Shown here piece by piece: positions 15,223-27,490 of a stretch of DNA of 64,000 bases; position 1 is the first letter of the stretch, and the number at the start of each line of letters is the position of its first letter. The notes beneath the pieces are model-generated. The model saw nothing but the letters and a program-made list of their open reading frames with translations, had not been told where the DNA came from and made no database searches. Origin of the DNA: the human T2T-CHM13v2.0 reference genome, Homo sapiens; assembly GCF_009914755.1 (NCBI RefSeq), contig NC_060941.1; one strand, written 5' to 3'. The position numbers and the translations under genes are program-made.

Positions 15223-16094
15223 GGGATACAAATTATTCACAAGGATGTGTCCTCAGGCTTCCTGTCCTCCTCTACGTCCTGCGTGTAGCCTGGTTTCTCT
15301 TTTCTGGCCTCCCTCCTCCTGTAAAGGGGGATGTGTTCTTGTTGGGGAGAAGGTCAGGTGTAGGTGGATGATGTGGGGTTGAGGAAGGGACGCTGAAGAG
15401 CGGCTAGTCCTCAGGGACATGGAGGGAAGGAAAATGGTCGCCGAATTACCATGGAAATTGGCTCATATTTGCAGGATTTGGGAAAGGCAAGTAAAGAGCT
15501 TGAGTCATGCTGGAACTGTCTTCAGTTGCCTTGCCTGCGATGAGGCCTGGAGACTGGGCCACGTGGATCTGGATTCACACAGGTTTCACGTCACTGGCCA
15601 AGATGTGCTCAGGGCACTTCCCTGGAACTGCCTAACACATTCTTCCAGATAACCTTGCTGGGACACAGCCTCCCTACTGTAGGGGGATTTTTGCTGGAAA
15701 TCACTAACAGTGATCTGGAGCCAAGTTTGGTTAGATGTTGGGCAATACTGTCTTTGCCCAAAAGTGACTAAAATGATCATCATGTTATGACGCTGGCTTT
15801 GCTGTGGGATTTGGTAAAATGCTTCTTAAGATCTTTTCAGGAAGGAAAGATTTCAACCTGGGTTTGCTCTGACTCCGAACAGCAGGCTTTTGAGGAGAGC
15901 CACCACCGCCAAAGTGGCCTTGTCCCTACCAGCCTGAGCCTGGGGCTCTCTGCTGGGGTTTCCCAGCCCCACCCCACCCCAGTGACAGCATCGTTCCTAA
16001 CCCAGCTGCATCCTGGACCCCGTCTCTTCTGACCAAGGTGTGGAAAATCCCTTTGCTAGACTAGAAAGAGATAGACCAACATAAAAACAAATGC

Positions 16095-16648
16095 TGGTGC
16101 TTAGCTAGGGGCAATTTTGCCCCTGAGGAACAGGCATATTACCATGTTTGGAGACATTTTTTGTTGTCATAACTAGAGGTAGTGGTGCTAATGGCATCTG
16201 GTGGGGACAGTCCAGGGTTACTGCTAAGCATCCTACAGCACACAGGCTAGCCCCCCACCACAGGGGATTATCTAGGCCCAAACCTCAATGGTGCCAGGGT
16301 TGGCTGGCGCGGTGGCAAACGCCCGTAATCCCAGCACTTTGGGAGGCCGAGGCAGATGGATCACCTGAGGTCAGGAGTAGTTCAAGACCAGCCTGGCCAA
16401 CATGGCGAAACCCTGTCTCTACTAAAAATACAAAAATTAGCCGGGTGTGGAGGCACACGCATATAATCTCAGTTACTAGGGAGACTGAGGCAGGAGAATA
16501 ACTTGAACCTGGGAGGCGGAGGTTGCAGTGAGCCAAGATCGCGCCACTTCACTCCAGCCTGGGTGACAGAGCGAGACTCTGTCTCAAAATAAAATAAAAC
16601 AAAAAAACCCAGCAATCCTTCAATGGTGCCAGGGTTGAGAAACCACAG
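16095..16648 (+). mobile_element. MER20-like element interrupted by a sense Alu (16302-16607)
   Basis: ggggcaattttgcccc...tttggagacattttt...ggcatctggtggg; Alu flanked by 17-bp TSD tcaatggtgccagggtt (16285-16301 / 16620-16636). Confidence 0.8.
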
Positions 16649-16714
16649 AGTAGAATAATCCAAGGTAGCTTTTTAATGCGTTTTGTAGTTACTTTCCAAC
16701 CTCTCTTAAATAAA

Positions 16715-16796
16715 TATGTGTGTGTGTGTGTATATATATATATATGTAAATATGTATATATGTATATATATGTAAACATGTGTATGTGTATATATA
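16715..16796. repeat. (TG)n/(TA)n low-complexity tract
   Basis: Direct reading. Confidence 0.88.
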
Positions 16797-17122
16797 AAAT
16801 TTGGGATTCAGGAAAAAAATATTTAAAGAAAGGAAAATCTCTTTTCCTTTTAACTGGTACAAGTTTGCCACTTAAAAGGAAAAAACAGAATAATTATTAA
16901 GGCACCAAGGAGAAACAGAGGAAATACAGAAATGGAGAAATAAACAAATTTAGAGAATTCAGTCTGACAAATATTTGCTGAGCACCAGTGATTCAGGGTG
17001 CTGCAGGATGCTTGGCTAGGGGACGTCCCAGCCCTGGAGGAGGTCACCCACGGTCTGCTGAGTAGACTCTCATAGGCTAGACAAACTCTCTGCAGTAGGA
17101 GACAATAGGAAAAATAAAATTA

Positions 17123-18720
17123 TGGCGCCCACCTATAATCCCAGTACTTTGGGAGGCCAAGGCAGGTGAATTGCTTGAGCTCAGGAGTTTGAGACGAGCC
17201 GGGGAAACACGGTGAAACCGTGTCTTTACGAAAAAACAACAAAAAAATTTAGCTGGGCGTGGTGGCGCATGCCTGTAGTCCCAGCTGCTTGAGAGGTTGA
17301 GGTGGGCAGATGGCCTGAGCCGGGAGGGTTGAGGCTACAGGGAGGCAGAGTGAGACCCTGTATCAAAAAAGAAAACTAAGACCGAGGATGGAGAATTTTT
17401 CCCAGTTGAGGGGCCTGGGAAGGCTTCAGGAAGACTATGAGACCTTGAGTTGGGTGTTGAAGACAAGGCGGGCAGGATTTTATTGTCATCTGTTGTCAGC
17501 CTGTCTGAGTCCAAATGCAGCCACCCTGCTCAAAAATCAGTCTTGGCCCGGCGTGGAGGATCACGCCTGTAATCCCAGCACTTTGGGAGGCTGAGGTGGG
17601 CAGATCACTTGAGCCCGGGAGTTTGAGACCAGCCTGGGCAACATGGTGAAAATTTGTCTCTACAAAAAAAAAAAAAAAAAAAAAAAATTAGCTGGGTGTG
17701 GTAGTGCATACCTGCAGTCCCTTCTACTTGTGAGGCTGAGGTGGGAGGATGGCTCAAGTCCAGGAGGCAGAGGCTGCAGTGAGCCGAGATTGCACCACTG
17801 CACTCACTCACAGAGTGAGATCCTGTCAAAAAAAAAAATCAGAATTTTAGGCTAATTAGCTTCTCCAAGTCTCTGTTTTCTCATTTACATATCTGCTACA
17901 GTCATGAATGTATATTGTCTCCCTAGAGGATTGTGGGGCCATCCGTGATGGGATAAAAATTATTAATGAGGAAATGTTCTCAAACCTAACTAGACGGATA
18001 GCTGGAGAGAGAACTTAGATGTGTATTTTATAAATTACCATGTGCACATACACCCTTTTTTTGGCAAGTGGTGGGAGGTATCAGAGATTCTGGGTGGGGG
18101 CTGTGGCCTAAGCAGCTCCTTGGTCATTGGGACGGTCTCTGGGCCCTGACGCATGGGAGGGACAGCTGGCTGGTAGGACACTTGGAGGTGGGGGCTCCAG
18201 CTAAGCCACTGCAGAGATGGGGCGTGGGCCATGCAAGGTGGTGAAGACTGGGTGTAGGTATGTGTGACAGGGGAGGAGAGAGGTTCGGGGGGGCCAGCCT
18301 TGCTCTCCTCACTGTCACCTCGGAGGCTCTATCGGGAGAGCCCTGGACTCCAGATCTTCCCCTGCAATGTTGACTTGGCGTGAGGGCTCTGCGGGGAGCC
18401 CTTCAGACTTCACTCAAGAGCCCACTAAAGTCCTGGGCCGTGGCTCACGCCTGGAATCCCAGCACCTCGGGAGGCCGAGGTGGGTGGATCACTTGAGGTC
18501 AGAAGTTCCAGACCAGCCTGGCCAACGTGGTGAAACCCCGTCTCTACTAAAAATACAAAAATTAGCTGGGCGTGGTGGCGCATGCTTGTAATCCCAGCTG
18601 CTTGGGAGGCTGAGGCAGGAGAATCACTTGAACCTAGGAGGCGGAGTGAGCCGAGATCACACTGCTGCACTCCAGCCTGGGTGACAGAGCAAGACTCCAT
18701 CTCAAAAAAAAAAAAAAAAA
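17123..18720 (+). mobile_element. Three sense Alus (about 17123-17375, 17545-17838, 18434-18720), some internally deleted
   Basis: Alu consensus matches with poly-A tails. Confidence 0.88.
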
Positions 18721-19751
18721 GCCCGCTACAGACATCCCCCGCAGAGGCTCCAAAGCCCCCGAGCGACGGTGTGTGTGGAAGAAATTCCCGGCTTCCCAAG
18801 ATGAGTAAGACGTCGCGGTCATCTTGGTGTGTAATATGGGCAGAGAAAGAAATCTGTCAGGATTTTAACTTTCCTTAGACATAAGAGGAGTTAGAGGAGA
18901 AAGAGTCTGGCCCAGGGCCTTTGGAGATGAGCCCTTGCTTTCACTGTTTGCCTCTCAAGAAAGAGCTGGAGTCCACGCCGGCCTGGCAGCCAGGAGTGAG
19001 GGACGCTTCTCACCCACCTTCTCACTGGGCGGCTGTGTGTTGAATGAGGTGTTCCCACGGGGCCTGCGACATTTCGAGTTTTACATTTTGGTGAACAAAG
19101 AGGGGTTAGAGTTGACCACAGTCGCTGTGCCCCTCGGTGGGGAGGTTTTCGGCCCACCTGAAACGGCTGGGCCTGCGACTCCTGATGCCAGATTCCTGGG
19201 CGAGGGGAGCAAGCCGCTCACAGGGTGGCAGGTGGGCGTTCGCCTAATGTGGGCCCAAGTGCCGCCCCTCGCGGGCTCCCTGGACTCCCCACCTCCGTGA
19301 GCACCCCTTTCTAGAAGGACTGTCCCAATACTGGATGGAGGGGGTCCTGCCCCAAGCTTTTGCCAAAAGCTCTGGGAGTGAGACGTGGGGTTGGCTTCCT
19401 GGAAGGATGACTGCTCTGTGGGGCTGGGCTTGGCACATCCCTAAAGTAGATGCCAAGGACACCTGCTGATGCGCCGCCTGGTGGCCAGAAAGCAGCTTGC
19501 AGCCACCTTCCTACCCACCTACCCACCGGTGAAGGACCTGGTCATTGAGCCAGCTTTGCTTTGAGTTAAGGGATGATGATCATTCAAAGCTTGCTTGGGA
19601 TTTTTCTTACTGTCCTAAGAGGGGTGGTATACAATTGTCTGTGGGGCCAGCGGCTGATGGACTCTCCTTCCCGAGAGGCTGGGTGGGCAGAGACAGCACC
19701 TTGCTCAGCAACCCCTCAACACCAGCCTGACTGGCTGAGGCTCTGGGGGCA

Positions 19752-20720
19752 GAGTGTGTGCGCACATGTGAAGGTGTGTGTACATGTGAGCGCATGTGTG
19801 CATGAGTGGATGTGCATGCATGTGAATGTGTTGAGAGTATGCGGGCGTGCACGTGAGTGTGCATGTGATGTGGGTATATGTGTGCATGTTAATGTGTGCA
19901 CGTGTGTTGAAAGTGTGCATGTGTGGATTGCATGTATGCGAATGTGCATGTGTGTGGATTGCATGTATATGAATGTGTGTGCATGTGTGGGTTGCATGTG
20001 TGTGTGGGTTGCATGTGTGTATGTGTGTGCATGTGTGCATGGATTGCATGTATGTGAATGTGTGTGCATGTTGGATTGCATGTGAGTGCATGTGATGGTA
20101 TATGTGTGTGAGTGCATGTAAAAGTGTGCATGTGTGTGGATTGCATGTGTGTGTGAATCTGTGTGCATGTGATATGGGTATATGTATGCATGTGTGTGCA
20201 TGTGTGTTGAGAGTGTGCATGTGATTTGGGTATGTGTGCATGTGAGTTGTGCATGTGTGTTGAGTGCATGTGAGCATGTGGATTGCATGTGTGAGTGCAT
20301 GTGTGTGGACTGTGTATGTGCATGTATGTGCATGTGAGTGTGAGTGTATGTGTGTTGACTGTGTGCATGTGAGCGTGTGGATTCCATGTGTGTTAAGAGT
20401 GTGCATATGGGTGCGTGGATTGCATGAGTGTGCATGTGATGTGGGTATATGTATGCATGTGTGTAGGTTTCATTGTTGAGACTGTGCATGTGTATTGTGT
20501 GTACATGTGTGTGGATTACATGTGTGTGGATTGCATGTGTGTTGGGTGCATGTGAATGTGTGGGTTGCATGTGAGTGTATGTGACTGTGTGTGCATGTGT
20601 GGATTGCATGTGTGTTGAGTGTGTGCATGTGTGGGGGTTGCATGTATGTGAATGTGTGTGCATGTGCGTGTGTGCACGTGAGTGCGTCGTGAGTGCGTGT
20701 ATGCATGCATGGGTGTGTGA
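19752..20720 (+). repeat. ~970-bp degenerate (TG)n/TGCATG low-complexity array
   Basis: Recurring units such as gtggattgcatgtgt and gtgtgcatgtg; about 47 TGCATG hexamers by hand count. Confidence 0.95.
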
Positions 20721-20901
20721 GAGTGATTGTCCTCCCAGAAGCTGTGTAACTGCAGCATTTCCCAGTGGCGTGAGGCTGGGGAAGCACCTCCGATTTCCAG
20801 GCTGTTTCTCTCCCCAATTTTCAGGCTGTTTCTCTGTGCAGCTCCTTCCTAACTCGGTGCCTTCCCTGTGTGTTTCTTTCCCACCAGGGCCCGGCAGGAA
20901 G

Positions 20902-21056
20902 ATGGGCTCCCGTGGACAGGGACTCTTGCTGGCGTACTGCCTGCTCCTTGCCTTTGCCTCTGGCCTGGTCCTGAGTCGTGTGCCCCATGTCCAGGGGGAA
21001 CAGCAGGAGTGGGAGGGGACTGAGGAGCTGCCGTCGCCTCCGGACCATGCCGAGAG
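20902..21056 (+). CDS. C1QTNF1: C1QTNF1 coding exon 1 (signal peptide; exon begins 20888)
   Basis: Acceptor tttctttcccaccag|20888; ATG 20902 in strong context (AAGATGG); donor AG|gtgagg at 21057. Confidence 0.96.
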
Positions 21057-24000
21057 GTGAGGGGCCACGAGGGTGTAATAGCAGGAGCTCTGGCTCTGGC
21101 CAGGCTGAGCCTGGGCCTTGGGGCCCCTGGGGGAGCTAGTTCACTGTGAGATGTGAAGGCAAGAAAGCTGAAGCTGAGCCGTGGCCCTGCTGGAGGCTGG
21201 TCCTGCAGGACAGACGAGCGATTCCTCCTTTCAGTGGCTTGGGCACCTCACCTGAAACTGCGGACAGTGATCCAGCCTCACCACGAGCCTAAAGGAGTGG
21301 GGTCTGCAAGTGGCTTTGCAGCTGCCTCCTTAAGAGCAGACCAAGCTCCCAACCTGCCCTCCAGTTTGTCTTTCCATTCTCACTTTGTCCGCTGAGAATA
21401 TCTGCTGGGGACCTAGGCACCACTTGGAGGCAGGGAGAAGTGGAGCATGGCCTTAGGAGAGATGCTGGACCAAGAGCTGGTGTCCATGGCCCACGCGTCT
21501 TATCACACTGCAGGACAGGAGAGGACAGCGGAGACTGGGTGGGCCAAGTGTCGGCTTCCCTTGAAAGGTTGTGAAGGACTCTGGATGGCCTTCGTGTCTA
21601 CGACCTGCAATGACAGAGAGACTCCAGCCGACCTGGGACATTTCCTAGGGAAGCCGAGTGCTTCATCCAACTGCCATGTACCCAGAGTGAGGTCCTGGAG
21701 ACCCGGCGACAGCTCAAGCCTGGCTTGGAGTCTCTTCATTATTTTGAGCGTTGGGCTGACTTGATACTTGAGGCTTCAGACTAACTTCAGTGTACGATGG
21801 GATTGGACAGGATTTGAGGTTGAGTCACATCATTCCGTTCTTTCTTCCTCTCCCTCCTCTTTCTTTGATTGAGCCCCTCCTATCAGTCAGGCCATCCCCC
21901 AGGCACGGGGGGACACATGAGTGGCACAGTCCTGGCCTCCAGGAGCTCTGAGGCCGAGAGGGAGATAGACACATGAGAGACAGGGCAGCGTGGTGGGCTT
22001 TGTAGTAGGGGTGTACCCATGACGCTGGAGGCAGGGCCAGGAGAGGGAGGAGCGGGTCCCAGGAAGACTGAAAGGAGTGAACTAGGTCTTGAAGGACACC
22101 TGCGGGCCTCCCAGGTGCAGAAGGAGGGGAAAGCTACCTGGTAGCCAGAATGGGGTGTGCAAAGGCATGGCTGGTGGTGTTTGTTGGGCTGGTGGGTGGT
22201 TTGGGATGGTGAGACCCAGTGCTGGAGGCTGGAGGCTGGAGGACAGTAGGGCAGTTGAGCCTGGAGGCAGCTGGGTCTAGTTGGGGAGGGTCTCACCTGA
22301 ACTCAATCCTACAAAGAACAAGAGGAATCATGGGAAAGCTTGAATTGGACGGTGTTCTCGGAAGAATGCCAGAGGGAGGCAGCAGAGAGGATGAGCTGGT
22401 GCGGGGAGGGGCAGATTCCAAGTGAGAGTCGAAATGGCAGGGGTGCATCAGAGATGATGAGGGCCCTGGGCTCAGTTCTGGAGGTGCCTTTTGGCTGGGA
22501 GCCCAGGACTCTGCTGAAAGTTGTGCCAGGGGGTTGGCGGAGGGAGTCGGGGGTGATGCCGAAGGCTCCACCCTGGGCACCCGCTGTTGATGCCAGGAAC
22601 AGAGCTCAGAAAGAGAAGATTCCAGGGGCGAAGGGATGGGGACAGGGGTTTCGGTTTTGCATACATGACATCTGTGGGGCCTGTTGCATCTCCAGATGGA
22701 GACTTCTGGTGAGAAGTTTGAAGTCAAGGTCTGGGGCTTAGGAGAGAGGTAGGGGTGAGATGTCCATCTGGGAGTCCTGGGCTTATGGGTAGCTGAACTT
22801 AGGGCACAGAGATCCGTTTCCTGGATAGTCTGGGGTGCAGAAGTGGGAGCAGCATTAGATGAGGAGCTGGCCCATCCAGGGGGACTTTGCTGCCCCCGTG
22901 GGTCTGCGCAGCTCTACAGCCTGGGCAAGAAGAGCCACAAGCCAGAGCACATGTGATGCCATGAGGGGCCGCGAGGTGGCAGCCAGGAGCCGCCGCCGTC
23001 CATCCTGCCTGCGGGCTTGTCCTTCCAATCAGGTTGGAAACATAAGAGTCTCTCCAGCGGCTACAGCTGAGGGGAATCCTAAAGATCCAGTTGAACCTTC
23101 TTATTTGCAGACGAGTCAGCTTCATATGTTATTTTCTAGCATCACGGATATACGATAGGGAGTCCCGGCATTGTCTTGTGTCACCCAAAGACCCTCTCTT
23201 AGAAGTGTGGATTTCTCCCGAGCAGCCCCCATCTTGCGTGGCACTCAATTGATCGCTGCGTGTGTTTCCAGGACTGTCATTGCCTTTAACAGAGGGCAGG
23301 GGGCTCGTTCGGTAGTGAGGATCCCAGAGTGGGCCGTGAGCCCACCAGCGTGAACACAGAGCCTTGTGGGTCCAGGTGAGAGAGTGAGAAGGCAGGTCAG
23401 GCATGCCAGAACCACTGGCAGCAGGAGAGAGCAGCGTTTCCAGGCCTGAGAGTGGCTGACTTTCACTGTGATTCTTTATTCCCTCAGGGCTGAAGAACAA
23501 CATGAAAAATACAGGCCCAGTCAGGACCAGGGGCTCCCTGCTTCCCGGTGCTTGCGCTGCTGTGACCCCGGTACCTCCATGTACCCGGCGACCGCCGTGC
23601 CCCAGATCAACATCACTATCTTGAAAGGTCAGATGGCTGCAAAGACAAGCACGGGGTGGCCGGGCTGCTCTGTGCTGATCCGGAGGAAGGGATGGAGTCG
23701 TTAGGGTGGGGCTAGGCGAGAGCAGAATGGCTCCCTCGGGACAGGGAGCAGAGGCAGGCAGGCTGTCATCTAGAGGGGAAGGCACAGGAAATTCTGATTT
23801 TGAGGCTCTGGCCCCTCTCCAAGAGGAGGGGTTGGAAAGGGGCCCACAGGACCAAGAGCAGGAGAGGGAGCCCAGAGGCTACTCGGGGTCTCGTCCCTCC
23901 AGTTGTATGTGGACGCCAGGCTTCTAGGCCCTTTGCTTTGGGGCTTGGTCCCCCAGCCTGCTTTCTGAAATGCCACCTGCTCGCTCCGGTCCTGCACACG

Positions 24001-25021
24001 GCAGATAACCCTGCACAGCCCCGTGAAATCGAACTGGAAACACTTGCAGCCTAGATCCCCAGCTGGCCCCGACATCTGGAGTTCATTTGCTCAGAGCGAG
24101 CCGTCGGTCTGGCCGCAGAGCCCATTGCTTTTGGACGAACCCGTATGTTCCATTTTCTTTTTTTTCTTTTCTTTTTTTTTTTTTTTACCAGGGCTTTCCA
24201 GAAGGAAAAAAAAATTATTGCTTCTGGGCGAAAATAGAACCATCCTTGAGGTTGAGTCTGTTTGCTTGGCCATTTTGGGAATCACAATACCTCTGTGCCA
24301 GGCTGGGACGCCGCCCGTGGCAGGGGGCTGGGGGCAGGAGTGAAGCTTCTGCCAGGTCAGGGCTGTGAGGACGAATCAGGACAGCGCCAGGGACCGGAGA
24401 GTGAGCAGCCAAGGCTCAGGACACTACCGGATTGCTCCATTAACAGCACGCGTTTTCCCATCCCTTTTAGGGGAGAAGGGTGACCGCGGAGATCGAGGCC
24501 TCCAAGGGAAATATGGCAAAACAGGCTCAGCAGGGGCCAGGGGCCACACTGGACCCAAAGGGCAGAAGGGCTCCATGGGGGCCCCTGGGGAGCGGTGCAA
24601 GAGCCACTACGCCGCCTTTTCGGTGGGCCGGAAGAAGCCCATGCACAGCAACCACTACTACCAGACGGTGATCTTCGACACGGAGTTCGTGAACCTCTAC
24701 GACCACTTCAACATGTTCACCGGCAAGTTCTACTGCTACGTGCCCGGCCTCTACTTCTTCAGCCTCAACGTGCACACCTGGAACCAGAAGGAGACCTACC
24801 TGCACATCATGAAGAACGAGGAGGAGGTGGTGATCTTGTTCGCGCAGGTGGGCGACCGCAGCATCATGCAAAGCCAGAGCCTGATGCTGGAGCTGCGAGA
24901 GCAGGACCAGGTGTGGGTACGCCTCTACAAGGGCGAACGTGAGAACGCCATCTTCAGCGAGGAGCTGGACACCTACATCACCTTCAGTGGCTACCTGGTC
25001 AAGCACGCCACCGAGCCCTAG
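20902..25021 (+). CDS. C1QTNF1: Complement C1q/TNF-related protein 1 (CTRP1), spliced CDS join(20902..21056,23488..23627,24471..25021), 281 aa
   Basis: Exons of 155+140+551=846 nt give 281 aa plus stop; all introns GT-AG. Hydrophobic signal peptide [25 protein letters not shown], Cys motif RCLRCCDP, N-glycosylation sequon NIT, Gly-X-Y collagen run, C1q domain ([10 protein letters not shown]...[15 protein letters not shown]...TFSGYLV). Confidence 0.98.
23488..23627 (+). CDS. C1QTNF1: C1QTNF1 coding exon 2
   Basis: Acceptor ttctttattccctcag; encodes [10 protein letters not shown]...[27 protein letters not shown]; donor G|gtcaga. Confidence 0.96.
24471..25021 (+). CDS. C1QTNF1: C1QTNF1 coding exon 3 (collagen repeat + C1q domain)
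   Basis: Acceptor catcccttttag; [13 protein letters not shown]...KHATEP then TAG at 25019-25021. Confidence 0.98.
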
Positions 25022-26750
25022 CTGGCCGGCCACCTCCTTTCCTCTCGCCACCTTCCACCCCTGCGCTGTGCTGACCCCACCGCCTCTTCCCCGATCCCTG
25101 GACTCCGACTCCCTGGCTTTGGCATTCAGTGAGACGCCCTGCACACACAGAAAGCCAAAGCGATCGGTGCTCCCAGATCCCGCAGCCTCTGGAGAGAGCT
25201 GACGGCAGATGAAATCACCAGGGCGGGGCACCCGCGAGAACCCTCTGGGACCTTCCGCGGCCCTCTCTGCACACATCCTCAAGTGACCCCGCACGGCGAG
25301 ACGCGGGTGGCGGCAGGGCGTCCCAGGGTGCGGCACCGCGGCTCCAGTCCTTGGAAATAATTAGGCAAATTCTAAAGGTCTCAAAAGGAGCAAAGTAAAC
25401 CGTGGAGGACAAAGAAAAGGGTTGTTATTTTTGTCTTTCCAGCCAGCCTGCTGGCTCCCAAGAGAGAGGCCTTTTCAGTTGAGACTCTGCTTAAGAGAAG
25501 ATCCAAAGTTAAAGCTCTGGGGTCAGGGGAGGGGCCGGGGGCAGGAAACTACCTCTGGCTTAATTCTTTTAAGCCACGTAGGAACTTTCTTGAGGGATAG
25601 GTGGACCCTGACATCCCTGTGGCCTTGCCCAAGGGCTCTGCTGGTCTTTCTGAGTCACAGCTGCGAGGTGATGGGGGCTGGGGCCCCAGGCGTCAGCCTC
25701 CCAGAGGGACAGCTGAGCCCCCTGCCTTGGCTCCAGGTTGGTAGAAGCAGCCGAAGGGCTCCTGACAGTGGCCAGGGACCCCTGGGTCCCCCAGGCCTGC
25801 AGATGTTTCTATGAGGGGCAGAGCTCCTGGTACATCCATGTGTGGCTCTGCTCCACCCCTGTGCCACCCCAGAGCCCTGGGGGGTGGTCTCCATGCCTGC
25901 CACCCTGGCATCGGCTTTCTGTGCCGCCTCCCACACAAATCAGCCCCAGAAGGCCCCGGGGCCTTGGCTTCTGTTTTTTATAAAACACCTCAAGCAGCAC
26001 TGCAGTCTCCCATCTCCTCGTGGGCTAAGCATCACCGCTTCCACGTGTGTTGTGTTGGTTGGCAGCAAGGCTGATCCAGACCCCTTCTGCCCCCACTGCC
26101 CTCATCCAGGCCTCTGACCAGTAGCCTGAGAGGGGCTTTTTCTAGGCTTCAGAGCAGGGGAGAGCTGGAAGGGGCTAGAAAGCTCCCGCTTGTCTGTTTC
26201 TCAGGCTCCTGTGAGCCTCAGTCCTGAGACCAGAGTCAAGAGGAAGTACACGTCCCAATCACCCGTGTCAGGATTCACTCTCAGGAGCTGGGTGGCAGGA
26301 GAGGCAATAGCCCCTGTGGCAATTGCAGGACCAGCTGGAGCAGGGTTGCGGTGTCTCCACGGTGCTCTCGCCCTGCCCATGGCCACCCCAGACTCTGATC
26401 TCCAGGAACCCCATAGCCCCTCTCCACCTCACCCCATGTTGATGCCCAGGGTCACTCTTGCTACCCGCTGGGCCCCCAAACCCCCGCTGCCTCTCTTCCT
26501 TCCCCCCATCCCCCACCTGGTTTTGACTAATCCTGCTTCCCTCTCTGGGCCTGGCTGCCGGGATCTGGGGTCCCTAAGTCCCTCTCTTTAAAGAACTTCT
26601 GCGGGTCAGACTCTGAAGCCGAGTTGCTGTGGGCGTGCCCGGAAGCAGAGCGCCACACTCGCTGCTTAAGCTCCCCCAGCTCTTTCCAGAAAACATTAAA
26701 CTCAGAATTGTGTTTTCAGCATCCTGCCTCGTCAGTTTGCTCATTAAACT
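25022..26750 (+). other. C1QTNF1: C1QTNF1 3' UTR with candidate ATTAAA polyadenylation signals
   Basis: Repeat-free sequence after the stop; ATTAAA at 26695-26700 followed by GT/T-rich ttgtgtttt, and a second ATTAAA at 26743-26748. Confidence 0.75.
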
Positions 26751-27149
26751 GAATCCTTTTCGTCTTCTCCTCTCCACCCAAGGCCCACTCCTGCCTGGGA
26801 GGCCCTCAGCTTCATACCTGGGGACATTGGTACCCAGCAGGTGCATGCTGGACCCTGAGTTGCCTCGCTCCTCCAGGGGGTGCAGCCTCCCATGGGTGGG
26901 GCAGCGACAGCGTGTCTCAGCTGCAGCTGAACGTGTGCCTGAGTCGGGCGCCTGGGGCCTGGGTGGGTCTGGGGACTTGTGAGAGGTGGGTGGGAGGCAG
27001 GGGCTTGATCTCCTGAGCAGGACCGCACTGTCCCCCGGGAGGGAGAGAAACTGTGGAGGTAGCAGCTTGGCCATGGCTCTGCAGCCTGGACACTATTCCT
27101 TTCCTAGGGCTGCCGTGGAAACTGGGGTTGGGGCGTGGGTGGCATAAGC

Positions 27150-27490
27150 CTCTAGCGGAGGGTCCTTCCTGCCCCTTCCAGCTATTGGTAGCCCCAGGCA
27201 CTCCTTGGCTTGCGGCTGCATCTCCTCAGGTTCTGCTTCCGTCTTCATGTGGCCTTCCCCTCCGTGTGTCTCAAATCTTCCTCTCCCTTCCCTTACTATA
27301 ACACCTGTTGCTGGATTTAGAGAATCAGGTAAATATTTAGGGCCCACTGTAAATCCAGGATGGTCTTCTCTCTAGATCCTAACTTAATTACGTCTGCAAA
27401 GACTATTTCCAAATAAGGTGACATTCACAGATAGCAGAGGTGAGGACTTGGACATATCTTTTTTTGGGGGATACAGTTCAACCTCTACCA
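27150..27490 (-). mobile_element. MLT1-type MaLR LTR
   Basis: ttaattacgtctgcaaagactatttccaaataaggtgacattcacag...ggacttggacatatctttt resembles the reverse of MLT1. Confidence 0.7.

Noticed and set aside
19705-21068. Long His/Thr-rich minus-strand ORFs (450 aa, 233 aa) and Cys/Val-rich plus-strand ORFs
   Set aside because: Products of the TG/CATG repeat, which rarely forms stop codons; no domain content.
24527-25336. 269-aa antisense ORF over C1QTNF1 last exon
   Set aside because: Shadow of a GC3-rich coding exon; no independent gene signals.
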